A stretch of DNA of 64,000 nt, taken from the NCBI GenBank assembly GCA_001244265.2, contig CDLV01000014.1, forward strand, positions 868,001 to 932,000, given 5' to 3'. Position 1 is the stretch's first letter; each line of letters opens with the position of its first letter. The position numbers and the translations under genes are program-made. Shown here in pieces: positions 49,302-60,969 of this stretch. The notes beneath the pieces were generated by a model. It made no database searches and had not been told where the DNA came from. It saw only the letters and a list, made by a program, of their open reading frames with translations. Source of the DNA: Microbotryum violaceum. Taxonomy: Eukaryota.

Positions 49302-50373
49302 TCATGCGTCTGGACCAAAACTCGAGGTCACCAGGCAACTCACGTTCTGAAGTCGAGTCGCGAGCATAAGCTTGGACAAGCCATTCATCGCCCTCCTTGC
49401 ATGCTCGATAGGGACATTGGAATCATCGCTCGAGAGGGATTCGTTAAAGACTCGAGTGACCAAGGTCCATCGTAACCGGTTTGAACGACGGCATCGGAGA
49501 AGGCTGAAACGGGAAGGTAGGCGCCGAGCTCGTTCTCGAAGGGGAAGAGACGGTTCCTTCGAGACCAAGGCCGAATAGGAGGGATCGAAGGGTCCGTCGG
49601 GGGTGTCATTGGCGGGGACATGAAGCGACCATCGGCGACTTGGTAGAAGAAGATCTTGTGACCGGGTACCCGTTGAACCAATTCGCGCATATTGGCTTGC
49701 AGCTTCTCATCCACGTCGGGGGAAAGGCGCCCGGTTGACGAGTAAGGATCGGCCCATTCGAGCGCAAGGGTATTGAACGAGTCCAGGCAGAGGCCGAGGT
49801 TGGGTCGATTCGCGTTTTCGACGACTTCCCATGCGCTTTGCCAACTCCTTCGATGTGCCGCGAATGAAAGACCTTCGTACATGACTCGGACCGGCGGATC
49901 GCACTTGGCGGCTTCGTCGGCGAGCCAGACAAGATCTTCGGCGCAGCGATGGAGGTCGCCGGTCGTCGCAGGAGCAGGGGTTGTGGTCGTGCAGCACAGG
50001 AGTAACCGTGTACCGAGGATGGGAAGGATGTCCAAGATACCTCGAGCAAACTCCCTCGACTTGCGTCGATCTTCGGCGTCGACGTAGCCCTCAAAGGTGC
50101 GCAACGGTTGCCAGCAGCTGATCCGAAGGCCGTACGATCGCACGAGATCGGCCAACGCCGCGGCCGCGAATTGACTAGTCGAATCGCCGTCGCGCGTCGA
50201 CTTGGACAGACCTTGGGCCTCGGACCACGAGTCACGGGATGCGGCCCAGTCGTCGTCGAACAACTCGATGTGTTGGAACCCCGCTTGAGCGGCGGCGGCG
50301 ATCTGCTCGGCAAGGTGTGGTGCTCGAACGAACCTAGAGAAAGCGAGGCAATGCCCAGAGTGGGACTCATCAT
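49302..50373 (-). CDS. AP_endonuc_2 / xylose-isomerase-like TIM barrel enzyme (3-dehydroshikimate dehydratase-like); 3' end uncertain
   Basis: GIASLSLG, QPLRTFEG, YEGLSF, NRPNLGLCLDSFN, KIFFYQVADG, WSRRNRLFPFE..GAYLP and GYDGPWSLE(V)FN. Two single-base deletions (~50309, ~49451). Confidence 0.75.
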
Positions 50374-51013
50374 CGGCAGCGGAGAACTTGCGTCGGGTTC
50401 GGGCGTGGAAGAGAGAAGATGTGGGTGCTTTGGATCGTGCAAGGTACGATGATGCAGAGCTTTCTGGTTGTCGTGAGGTTCACTCGCTGTCTTGGGGTTT
50501 GTGTGTGATGCGGAGAAGGGATCGGCGTCCAGCGCTGAACGCGCGCAAGCCGACGGGGCGAGGAGCGCGTCTGCTGCTCTCAACTTTTTGCCGGGCGCGC
50601 CGCCACGTCGAACTGACACCGCGGCGCGCCGCATCACGTGACAGACGCCAGCCCTCGCCCCGCCCGTCAGGCGTCAGGCGGAGCTCTGCTGTAGAAGCAA
50701 TGTGGTACAAAGCCACGCGCTTACCGTCCATTAAATACAATATAAGTGTTCTCACTGCTCTACGCCAATGAAAAAGTGAAAGAAAATACTGGGAACGCTG
50801 TAGCTTCGTCTTGCGCGAAAAATACAAAAGTTGCCACAGAGCTTGTACATGACTTCTGATCGGAACATGAACACCACAGGCAGGTGCGGCAGCAAAAGTG
50901 TGCTGGTACACTCACCACAGGCGGTCCTCCGGGCCGCAACACAGTCCAAAACAACGATGTTAGTTACATTCCTTAATCACTTTTTTTTTTTCACTAGTTA
51001 GAGTAAAGAGTAA

Positions 51014-52720
51014 CTAGTTAGGGTAGCCAGTGGGAACCCGCTAAATTAACGGGAGGGTGAAATTCAAATAGCAGGAGACTTGAACAGTCTACATGATTTC
51101 AACAGAGGTTAAATAAGCACACTACGAAGTACAGCAAAGAAACAGTTCTCCTCCACAAACAGCCTGCCCGTTGCTTGTTGCCAAAAATGTCGTCGTCGCA
51201 GAGTCGGTTCAACTTGGATTCAAACGCTCGTGCAATGAGTTCCGGTCGGTTGCATGCTTGGTCGTTCGGCCCCAGTGCAGCCTTGATTTCAGGCCATTCG
51301 GGGTTGCACGTCACCGTGATGAACAGCAAAGGCTTTCCATATTTTACGACGCACGCCATCGCATCTTGGTAGCGCTGCGTGTTCTCGCGCGGTCTATTCT
51401 TGAATGTTGAGCCCAAAATCACCGAACATCCAACTTGATCCGGGGCCAAGCGAGAGTATCCGTCATCACGAACGCCAGGAAGGCACGTTGGGTGCAATGC
51501 GGGATTGAGAAGTACTCGTCGCGTTTGTGCAAGTAGTACGCAAATGATTGTGAACGCGAGACTCGCCACCTCGATCCCCTTTATTTGAGCTTCGTCCTAG
51601 GTGTTCAAACGTTCAATGTCAGTCTGTGCGTGCGCCTTAACAGAATGGAACATCCGAGAAAGAACCGAAGGCGCTTACGTTCACCATCACCATTCCCTTC
51701 GTCCCCTTCCTCCTCGTCTTCATCCTCTTTGTCGGCGAAGGATGACCCAGCTTGTTTGGAACTGCACAGAGGAATGTTGAGGTGGAAGCTATCTTCCTCT
51801 GCGGGGAAGAGTAGTGGGTAACGGAGAGGCATCGCAGACGGATGGAGCGAGCTAACGATTTGGTACTTGGGCCGACGATCGGGACCTCGATCACCGTGCA
51901 CCTGGAGAATAAGGTCTTGCGGTGCACGATCTCCAGTGTTGGTGTCGGAATCGCAGATAAGCACCGCCATTTCGGTGCTCGACGTAGGAAGGTTGTGGGT
52001 GCGTCGGTCTCCGCCAGCTGGTAGGCAGAGGCGCGGGACCCACTCTTTGGCCTAACCTGCGCGAGCTTTGGCCGATGCAAATTCCCTCACAAAGAGATTG
52101 CCGGTACGCAACGTAGAATCGAGCTTGGTCAAAGTAGATTTTCGTATGCGACTGTCTGCGCCGTCGGGTACAAGTTGAGTGTCGGTGGCCTCGGCCGGGC
52201 AGATGAGCCATGTTTTGGCAAAGGTTGGGCGCTGATTGACGGCAGGATTCAGGGCGCCGAGAGTGCGCCGAGTCGATGGTAAAGGCGTCGAAAATCCGAA
52301 ACATGCGGGGTCCTTGAGTGCCTAGTCGAGTCTGGTCAAAGTGGGCAGCCAGCGAGCGAAGTGAACGACAGCGCGTTCAAGTTGTTGTACGACCGGGCAT
52401 TCTCGCGGAATGCAACCGCTTCTGTGTAGGTGGGTCGAACCCTTCAGCATGTGGGCCTACGACAGACTGGAGAGACTGACCGGTATCCGACCCTTCAAGT
52501 AGCTGTCGATACTCGGGATTGGGCCGCAGAGGAGGTAGCTGCACCTTACCCTGCGAGCAGCACGTGCTCAAGTGTCCGGTTCGTCCTTTGCACTCCCAGT
52601 GTCGAGCCTTGCAGTGGGCACACTCGGCCATCTGGGGCCGAGATAGTCGCGGATGGGAACGTGGGGCTTGAGTCGTTTGAGCTCGATTCGAGGCCTGCGC
52701 ACTTGCCTCTGCGCAGGAAG
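51014..52720 (-). mobile_element. Degenerate non-autonomous Helitron (RepHel N-terminus and Rep fragment, no helicase)
   Basis: CAHCKARHW..CCSQGKVQLP, FRENARSYNN, SLHPSAMPLRYPLLFP and YQDAMACVVKYGKPLLFITVTCNPEWPEI..RPELIARAF. A 3' hairpin at 51037-51053 is followed by CTGG and CTAG|T. Confidence 0.88.
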
Positions 52721-52729
52721 AGGTGGCGG

Positions 52730-53098
52730 TGGGGCGAGCTCACTGCAGCGGTGTCAGGTTCACAATTCTTTGCGTACTACTTGCACGGATGCTAAGATGG
52801 CGTGCGTTGTCAAACATGGAAAGCCTCCGCGCTGTTCATCACCGTGACGCGCGACTCCATTCGCGATTGGCCGCTCATCGAGGCTGCACTGGGGCCGAAC
52901 GACAAAGCATGGTCCAGATCTCATTGCACGAACGTTCGAAGCCAAGTCCGCCAACAAGCAATGGGCAGGCTGTTTCGGCAATGAATGTAAAATCTTTGCG
53001 TTTTTTGATTTCACCTCTGCTGAAATCATGTAGACTGTTCTTCGATTCTCATGCGATTTGAATTTCATCCGCCCGTTAATTTAACGGGATCCCACTGG
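52730..53098 (+). mobile_element. Short Helitron remnant in the opposite orientation
   Basis: SQFFAYYLH, MACVVKHGKP..LFITVT..WPLIEAALGPND, then hairpin cccgttaatttaacggg (53072-53088) and CTGG|T at 53095-53099. Confidence 0.85.
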
Positions 53099-53692
53099 TT
53101 TTCTGAAGAAGAAAAAAAGTTAGAGAAAAAAGGCATGTGCACTCAGCTCTAGGCAGTGACTAAGGATACATATCAAGGGGTGGTCGGGGTTATTTAGATG
53201 GTCTTGAAAGTCGGAGAGCAGTTTGTTCACGAGGTACAAGGGGAGTTTTGGAGCCCTGCCCGATCAGCCGGGGCCCTCACTCAGAGCGAGCACTTCGGGC
53301 GCGCCTCTGGCAGCCTCTGGCTGAGCGCGCCACGTCGAGCGCGATCGTGAAGCGTGGCTGTGACGACTCCCCTCTCGAGCTGCCGTGCGACGACGACGCC
53401 TCTTCGTGCTCGTACAATCGACAGGGGGTGCTTCTCGACCAAACTACACGTTTGAGACCGCCTACTTTGCGCGTTGGAGTCACTCGATTCCCGTGCACAC
53501 CCCGCACCAGTGTTCGTTCAGCTTGGCAACTCGTGGAAAGCTTGCGACCGGGCAGCGGTCAGTCGATGATCCTCTGAGCCCCACGCGTGCATGGAAGGTG
53601 TTCGGTCTTGTGCGATTCCAACTGATCATGTTGATCCTATCTGTCAGCTAGGTGTCACCCCGTCTGGTGGAGCCTACACCCGCTGGTAGACC

Positions 53693-55342
53693 TTGCTCCG
53701 TGATCGGCCGAACGAGCTCGACTTCGCATTGGGGAGATCGCATCACGCCTTGACACCTCGGCAGTGGCGGCGGAGCGTCAACCGAGCTTTAACCGAGTCG
53801 CTCTTGGACGCAGTGATTACGCAGGCGATGGGAACGACTCCACCCACTTTGACACCACCGCACTCTCAATCGATGTCAATCACTTTCGATACTACATCCA
53901 GCACAACGCGGCTAGCCGGACCGACGAGCCCCATGACTCGGCGACGTCGGTCCAGTTTCGGTGGGGGCACCCCGACCGCGAGCACCGATATCTGCGTTCA
54001 GCAAGCCCTCACATCGGACGAATTTGTTCAACGAAGGAAACGACGAGGAGGCGCCTCAGCCCTCGAGCATCAGAGTAGCGACAGCGCCCTCGCAAGACAA
54101 CCCCTGCTGAATCGAAAATCCATCGCGATACCCCCACCCAAACCCAATGTTGGCAGCAGTCGTGACCTCAGCTACGGCGGCAAGAGTCCCGACGCGAACG
54201 GATCCCCCGCCCTCTTACTCTGTTCTCCGAGCTCGGCTTCGACCATCAAGGCGTCCATGTTCCCCCGAGCGGCGCCAGCTCACGATGGCTCCGCGTCGGA
54301 ACGCACAGGCGCCAAAGGACCCAAGCGCCAACCTGCGTCGCGGTCGTTCGGCTCCCTCCAACGCCCTCGGTCGCGCCCGAGAAGTCCGAGGGCGACAAAG
54401 TGTGGTTCCGATTCGTCTTCGATTGCACCGCCGTCGCCATCATCCTCGCCCTCGCCCTCGCCGTCTGTCCTCTCTCGCTCCGGATTTCCGCAGCAAATCC
54501 ACTCGGGCGTGCACGTCCCTCAACGATCGATTTCAGCTTCGTCTTGTCCCGCCCCAAGGGGCGCCACACTGTCGCTAGGGCCTTCGACACCCATACCCCT
54601 CACGAGCTCGATTCTGGCCGAGGGTCAAGTCGAATTGTCGACAAATCTGGTCGCGGTCGAGGTGCTCGCGGATTTGCAGTGTGGACGCAGCGTGACGAGC
54701 AGTGAATGCGGTGACCGGGATCGAGAACGTGATCACGACTTTGGCAGCGACTTTTTCGTTTACGACTGCACGGCTCCTCTTTCGATTCCGGACGTGCCGC
54801 CAACCGATCCGGATTTCGCCGCCAAGGCGGGTGCCTCACTCCCTTCACCGCGCTCACCGACCTATGCCGGTCTGGTCCCTCTGCATCCTTCCGGACGATC
54901 CTCGACGATACGCAATCATACCGCTCCCCTACCTGTCAGTGATTTGGACGGTATGCGAGCGATCGACGAATTGCGCCGCTGTGCTTCAGCGAGCCCGATG
55001 TCGACGTCACCTCCCCACCAGGGCATCCCCTTGTCGAGCCTCGACAAGACTTCCTGGGACGGAGGCCGAGTGCTTGCGTCTGGTCAAATGAGTAGATCAT
55101 CTTCGATCTCCCGATCGAGCAGGAACGCCCGCTTCACGTCAGGGGAGGAGAAGCGTTTGCGCCACGAATCCGAGGCTAGCTCGGATCAGACGACTTCACC
55201 CGATGGGTCCAAGGTGCTGCTCAAACGACCCCCTCTGCATACCTACACCTCGTTCGAGAGTGCGTTCGACGTCGCTCCGCCACCATCGCCCCCCGCCAGT
55301 CCAAAGGGGCCGAACAAAGGTTGGCCGTGGCAGCGCGCTTGA
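53693..55342 (+). CDS. Hypothetical Ser/Pro-rich low-complexity protein; true start uncertain
   Basis: 549-codon ORF followed by a T-rich 3' UTR; no recognisable domain. Confidence 0.5.
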   Translation: MLRDRPNELDFALGRSHHALTPRQWRRSVNRALTESLLDAVITQAMGTTPPTLTPPHSQSMSITFDTTSSTTRLAGPTSPMTRRRRSSFGGGTPTASTDICVQQALTSDEFVQRRKRRGGASALEHQSSDSALARQPLLNRKSIAIPPPKPNVGSSRDLSYGGKSPDANGSPALLLCSPSSASTIKASMFPRAAPAHDGSASERTGAKGPKRQPASRSFGSLQRPRSRPRSPRATKCGSDSSSIAPPSPSSSPSPSPSVLSRSGFPQQIHSGVHVPQRSISASSCPAPRGATLSLGPSTPIPLTSSILAEGQVELSTNLVAVEVLADLQCGRSVTSSECGDRDRERDHDFGSDFFVYDCTAPLSIPDVPPTDPDFAAKAGASLPSPRSPTYAGLVPLHPSGRSSTIRNHTAPLPVSDLDGMRAIDELRRCASASPMSTSPPHQGIPLSSLDKTSWDGGRVLASGQMSRSSSISRSSRNARFTSGEEKRLRHESEASSDQTTSPDGSKVLLKRPPLHTYTSFESAFDVAPPPSPPASPKGPNKGWPWQRA

Positions 55343-55725
55343 CCTTACCGACGTGACATAGGACACACCCCCGTCCATTTTTTTTTCCTTTCGACAGTTT
55401 TTGTTCCACTCTTTCCCTTTTTGCCAAAGTGTCCACATCCTTGCTTGCCTCTCTTTGATCTGTCCCTATAGCGAGTTAATTCGTTTCGTACCAACTTCGC
55501 TCTGTGCCCCCTCCCTCAATATTACAGTTTCGCATAGCATACGCAATAGCATAATCCGATGACATGAATCTTTCTCAACGTGTGTGCCAACCTTTACTCT
55601 GCGGCCTCGCTCGTCCGACTCGCTTCATTCACAGGCAGCGCCGATGCAAACGGGGAAAAGGCCTGAGCTCATCGGTCTGTCTTCTTTCAGTCAACGCTTC
55701 ACCGCACTTTACCCAGCCTGATAAC

Positions 55726-57247
55726 ATGTCATCCCTCTCGGACGTCTATCCTGACTCTTCCTCCTCGACCACGACCATGTCCTCCCCCACCAAAGTAGTG
55801 GCCCCTGCTCTCCCCTCGAGCCGTTCGACTGCGGGAGCCACGACGGCCGCTTCCGATGACGTCGCGCCGCCGCCGTCGTCGTCATCGCCAGCAACGCCGA
55901 CCGGCCCACCGACCATGCTTGAAGTCGTGGCGGGTGTCCAAGGCTCGCGAAGGAGGTTCATGGCGTGGTATTTCGCTGCTTTCACTCTGGCTACAGCGGT
56001 GAGGATGGCTTGTTTCCACCCTGTGTGAGTGTCGAAAGCCTTGATCGCGGCACGGCCGGGAACGCCACGCCCCAGGTCGAAAAGAAAGCGACCCGAACTG
56101 AAGCTGACTATCCCCGCTGTACGGAGGTATCGCACACACAGCATCTTTGGGGACTACCTCGCCAAAAACTTGGCACCTGTCGAGAGGGATGATGTCCGAT
56201 GGGGCTACATCTTGCTCGTTCGCGCTTACGACCTCGCGCTCGGCGGTTATCTCTGGCCCAGGGTCGATGGGCTGGCCAAAAGGGATGGAGGTAAGTTCGG
56301 GATTTGGGGATTCGGTGTTGCAAAGTTCTGATATTTTGTCGTCTTCCTGGCACAGCTCTTTTTGGAGCGATCATGGCCTCCGTCTCGAGAATTGGTCTTC
56401 TCGTTTTTGAGCGAGCCTACTTCCTCCTGTCGTTAGTGCGACAGGCATCGGGCTCGTGCAAAATAAAAAGATCTCGAAACTAATAAAAAGTCTTAACTGC
56501 ATCCACGCCAGAACTGAGACGGTCTCGACCCTCTTTTTGATCGACCTCGTCTCGCTCATCGCCGCCTTTTCGCTTCTTCCGATCCTGCTCCCCCACTCGG
56601 TCGAATCACGCCCCACGTCGTCCGCCTTGATGCGCCTCGAGCGTCACCCCGAGCTCATCATCAACATTGCGCTCTCCATCGGCATCTCGACCTTTGTGTG
56701 CGCCTTCCTCGGCTACGCAGTCGAGCGACTCGGCGCGCAGCAGTTCATCAAGGTTCGAACTTTTGAAAGGAGCGTCCCTTCCGCCCTTCTGGCGCACACT
56801 TTGACGCCCTTGCAGATGCTCGAAACCCCGACGGTCGCGATCCCCTCGCTCCGCCATTTCCTCGAACCTTTATCGATGCCGCGACACATCATTCACTCCT
56901 TGTTCCTCTCCATCCTGACGATTCCGTTCGTTTCGATCTTCCCTACGACCGGTTCGGTACGACTCGCGCTCATTGCCTTCCTCCTCGTTGCCCCTCAAAC
57001 TGCGACGTTGCTCTGGGACGTCCTTCCTCTGCACGGTGAAGCCGCATTTTACGTCGGTGCGTTCGAAGGCGTCAAAGCCGCCATCTCGTCCGCTGTTACG
57101 GCATGGACGATCGAGGAACTTCGAGCCAGAAGGGAGAGGATCGAAACGGTGTACGCGATCGCTTTGATTGAGGACGAGGATGAGAAGAGCTCGTTATTGG
57201 TTGTGGCGGAGGGGATGGTCGAGGAAGAACCTGTTACGAGCGCTTAG
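55726..57247 (+). CDS. Hypothetical multi-pass membrane protein (spliced)
   Basis: ATG 55726, hydrophobic segments (WYFAAFTLATAV, LFLIDLVSLIAAFSLLPILL, IALSIGISTFVCAFLGY) and GT..AG introns. Confidence 0.55.
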
Positions 57248-57506
57248 ATGCGTTATGATCCGTGGGCAAGGCATATGCGACGCGCAGCTAAGTCGAAGGG
57301 ATTGAACAACGCTCCATTACGAAGAGAAACAAATACGTATTCCAATCTATCAACAATAAAGTTCAAGACACGATGACGGACGGTATCATTGGTATCATTG
57401 GAATTGCCCATTTCCGTCTCAGGGACCCCAGGAACGCCGCTACAAAGTTGGAACCCATTCGGAAAGATCACCCCACACCATGAAACACGCCCCATGATTC
57501 GCTCGC

Positions 57507-60247
57507 TTAAAGCTTGGCGACGGCCTTGGTCGATCGTCGGCCGTAGAGAGAGTCCAAAACGTCCTTGTGCAGCTTGTACACTTGAGGTCGCTTGGTCTTG
57601 AAGGTCGGAGTCATGGTCTCGGATTCCATACCTGTGAGAGCAAATGAGGGGACGGTCAGTATTGCTTTTTCGAGAGGCGATGGTAAGCAAGCGAACGGGC
57701 AAAAACTGACTGAAGGGGTTCAAAGAAATGGCAATATCATCGCCGACGGCCTCGTACTTGAGCAAACGAGCTTGCTTGGCATAAGGTTCCAATAGCGCCG
57801 CGACGGCCTTGAGCACTCGAGGATCCTTGGAAGCCTTTTCCATCGCCGCACCATCACTCGACAGCATCTTCTCCCCCGTGACCTTGGTCGCGAGAGCAGC
57901 GAAAGGTTCCGGATCGGGGATGACGAGTCCGACCACATGATCCTGGAGCGAATCGGCATGGACGTAGATCTGCATCACGAGCGGGCACAGCATGTACACG
58001 TTCTCGACTTTTTCAACGGCAACGTATTCGCCTTGGGACAACTTGACCAAGTTCTTGATGCGGTCGATGATCTTGATCCGACCGAGTTCGTCGATCAAGC
58101 CGATATCACCGCTGTGAAGCCAACCTTCGGAATCGACGGTCTCCTTGGATTTGCTTTCGTCTTTGAGGTAACCAGGGATAACCATTTGACCGCGGGTGAG
58201 GATCTCGCCGCGGGGGAAAGGTCGGTCGGTGCTATAGTAGGCCATGTCGGGCACGTCGATCAACTTGACCTCGACTCCCGGTTGAGGAGGACCGACGGTA
58301 CCGTTCGGTGCGTGATCACCATCGAGGCACTTGACTGCCGTTCCACAGTTCTCGGTCTGACCGTACCCTTCCGAAACCTCGCAACAGAGCGCTACCTTGA
58401 GGAACGAGAGCACAGACGGGTTGATGGGGGCCGAACCGGTACCGATCACCTCGACCGAACCACCAAGTGCCATCTTGACCTTTTTGAAGATGATCCGATC
58501 CCAGAAAACTGAAAGAGAGTGCAAGAAGGAAGATATGCGGTTAGAAGGGTGTTCGTATGAAAGCTAATGGAGCAAAGCCCGTCCAACTTGCCATGCTCGT
58601 AGGTACCGTGGTGCTCGAGATTGTAAAGCTTGTCGGCAAAAGCTTTGCGGCACATCTTTCCCTTGAACCCAGGCGCATCGACAGTCGAGGCCTTGATCGC
58701 CTGGTAGACCCTGTTGAGCACTCGAGGAACGGACACGAGGAAGGTAGGCTTGAGGACGGCGAGATCTTCGAGAAGACGGAGGTTGTCGCCACAGTGGTAG
58801 CCGATCGACGAGCCGGCGGCGAGCGCGACGTCCTCGCAAAATCGCTCGTAAATATGGGATAGGGGCAAGTAGGAGATAAAGATGCCGCCGGCGCGGAACC
58901 TTGATCCGTGCAAGTTGACGACCGCGGCTGAAGCGAGCGACGAGTGCAACAAGATCGCACCCTTGGGGTTGCCGGTCGTGCCTGCAATAGAGCAAAAGAG
59001 ATCAAGAAGTTCAGCAAGATGATGAGTAACCTAATCACGCTTGGATATCAGCGGGCGCACTGACCGGAAGTGTAGCAAATCGAAGCCATGTCCTCGGGAG
59101 CGGGAGGGTTGAAGGGAAGGATGTTGGTCCGTCCGAGGGCCTGCAACTCCTCAATGTCGAGCACGGTGATGCCGAGCTGTTCACCCCACGCCTTGAGAGC
59201 GACCTCGCTCGATGCACCGGGGCGCGAGGGGGTAATCTCCGACCAAGTGTCCATGCTGATGATGGCCTTGAGTCCGGGGCACGCCTTGGTGCCGAGTTGG
59301 AGCAAAGCCGGGATATGGTCCGATGCGGCAATGACGACGCGCACTTCGGCATGGTTGATGCAGTACTCGACTACGGAAGGACCGAGCGTCTCGTACAGAC
59401 TGACCGTCACGAGCGAGTAGGCCGAGCACGCCTGGGACGCCCATTGCCATTCTGAGCCAAGCGCGGACACCGAATTGAATCGAGCGGCCGGTGAGCATTT
59501 TCGGGTGTCACATGTGTTGCACCGGATCAGAGAGCGGTCATTCGAGTCAGCTCGTCTGTAGGTGTGTCGCGCGGCTCGCTCTCGGTGCCGACCTAGCAAA
59601 ACTCGAAGAGACTCCAAGATAAGATCTAGTACATACCGGGACGGTTGGGCGACCAAATGCCGACCGAGTAGCCTTTGGCAGGAACGCCGTCACCGAACTT
59701 GCCTCGGCGCTGTAGCGCGACCAAGCCACTACCGACCTCGGTACGGCGCTGGTCGACGCGGGCGTAGGTCTCCCAGACGTAGTACTTGGCCCAGTCTCCG
59801 TTCTCCCAGGGGCGTCGACCGAGGCACGGTTCGTTTGGTTTGCTCGCGAGGCCAATGTCAAAGCACTCCTTGGCCGTACGCGGGAACCTCGGGTCGCTAG
59901 CCGGGGTGGGCAGATGGGGGAACTGCGCATTGACGTAGATCGGCGTGGCGCCTGGCTTGGCCGATCCGGGGACGGCCTATGCATCAAGAAGCATATAAAG
60001 TCAGGCGCGCGTGTGGTGCAGAGATGGTGAGGGCCCGAGAGCAGTGGCGATCTCGACTGGGACCCGGGGCCACCGCGACGTGGAGGCGTTCGGCTGGAAT
60101 TGCACGCCGAGTCACCACCGGCTGCTGGACGTCCCCAGGCCGAGCCAATTTCTGATCACGGAGACTCACAATACCATGAGCTTGACGCGCAACATTGAAG
60201 TTCTCCGGAGCAGGGATCGGGAATGGGTTCTCGATGGGGGCGGACAT
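57507..60247 (-). CDS. Long-chain fatty acyl-CoA synthetase, probably peroxisomal (C-terminal AKL)
   Basis: ICYTSGTTGNPKG, SYLPLSHIYER, EGYGQTE, GWLHSGDIG, IIDRIKNLVKLSQGEYVA and MTPTFKTKR, ending ..KAVAKL stop. Confidence 0.92.
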
Positions 60248-60701
60248 GGTTGTTCAAAGAGTACTGTTAGGAAGAGGAGGTGGACGGGGGTGTGAAGCAG
60301 AGGAGGGCTAGAAGTCAGCGGTCTGGGGTACGCGCATCTCAGATCGAGAAGCTGATATCAGAAAGCACCCCCGGCTCGGCAGCAACCGGTCCCGGCGGAC
60401 CGCAGCCGCGAAAGAAGCACAGGCGGGCTCGGCACGGGTTTGTGGGCGATGGGCGCCTTCAAGGGACCGTCAGTTCAAACTTCAGGCTCAGCAGTTCACA
60501 ACGGTAGAAGCTGCTCCATACAGACCACCAAGATGTTGAAATGCACCGTCCAAGAAATAGATCACTAATCGTAAAATTTTAGGCTCTGATTTTCATCCTG
60601 GATATCGATCTGTCTCACGATTTGGATCGACTCGCTCATTCCAGCTGAGCAGGGTCAGCCTGTCAGGATCATTCTTGGAAATCCAGAGAACGCGAGAGCA
60701 T

Positions 60702-60705
<4 letters not shown>

Positions 60706-60775
<70 letters not shown>
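60706..60775 (+). repeat. Pure poly(A) tract, 70 nt
   Basis: Directly visible in the divergent intergenic region. Confidence 0.95.
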
Positions 60776-60777
<2 letters not shown>

Positions 60778-60969
60778 GTAGCTGATATATTTTCTAGAGG
60801 ATTTCCGGTCAATGATCTTTATCGATCCATGAACTGGGCCGAGTCAGATTCAATTTGTGGACGCGACGCGAGCTCGAGGCGATTCGCTCCCCCATCGTCG
60901 TCTCTGTGCTCGACCGCAGAGCTCAACTCAGCTCCGTTCACGACACACCACACCCAGCGGCTGCTGACC

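Noticed and set aside
60350-60788. agctgatat on both sides of the poly(A) as a TSD of a retroposed insert
   Set aside because: The downstream copy is not adjacent to the A tract, and a 9-bp match is expected by chance.
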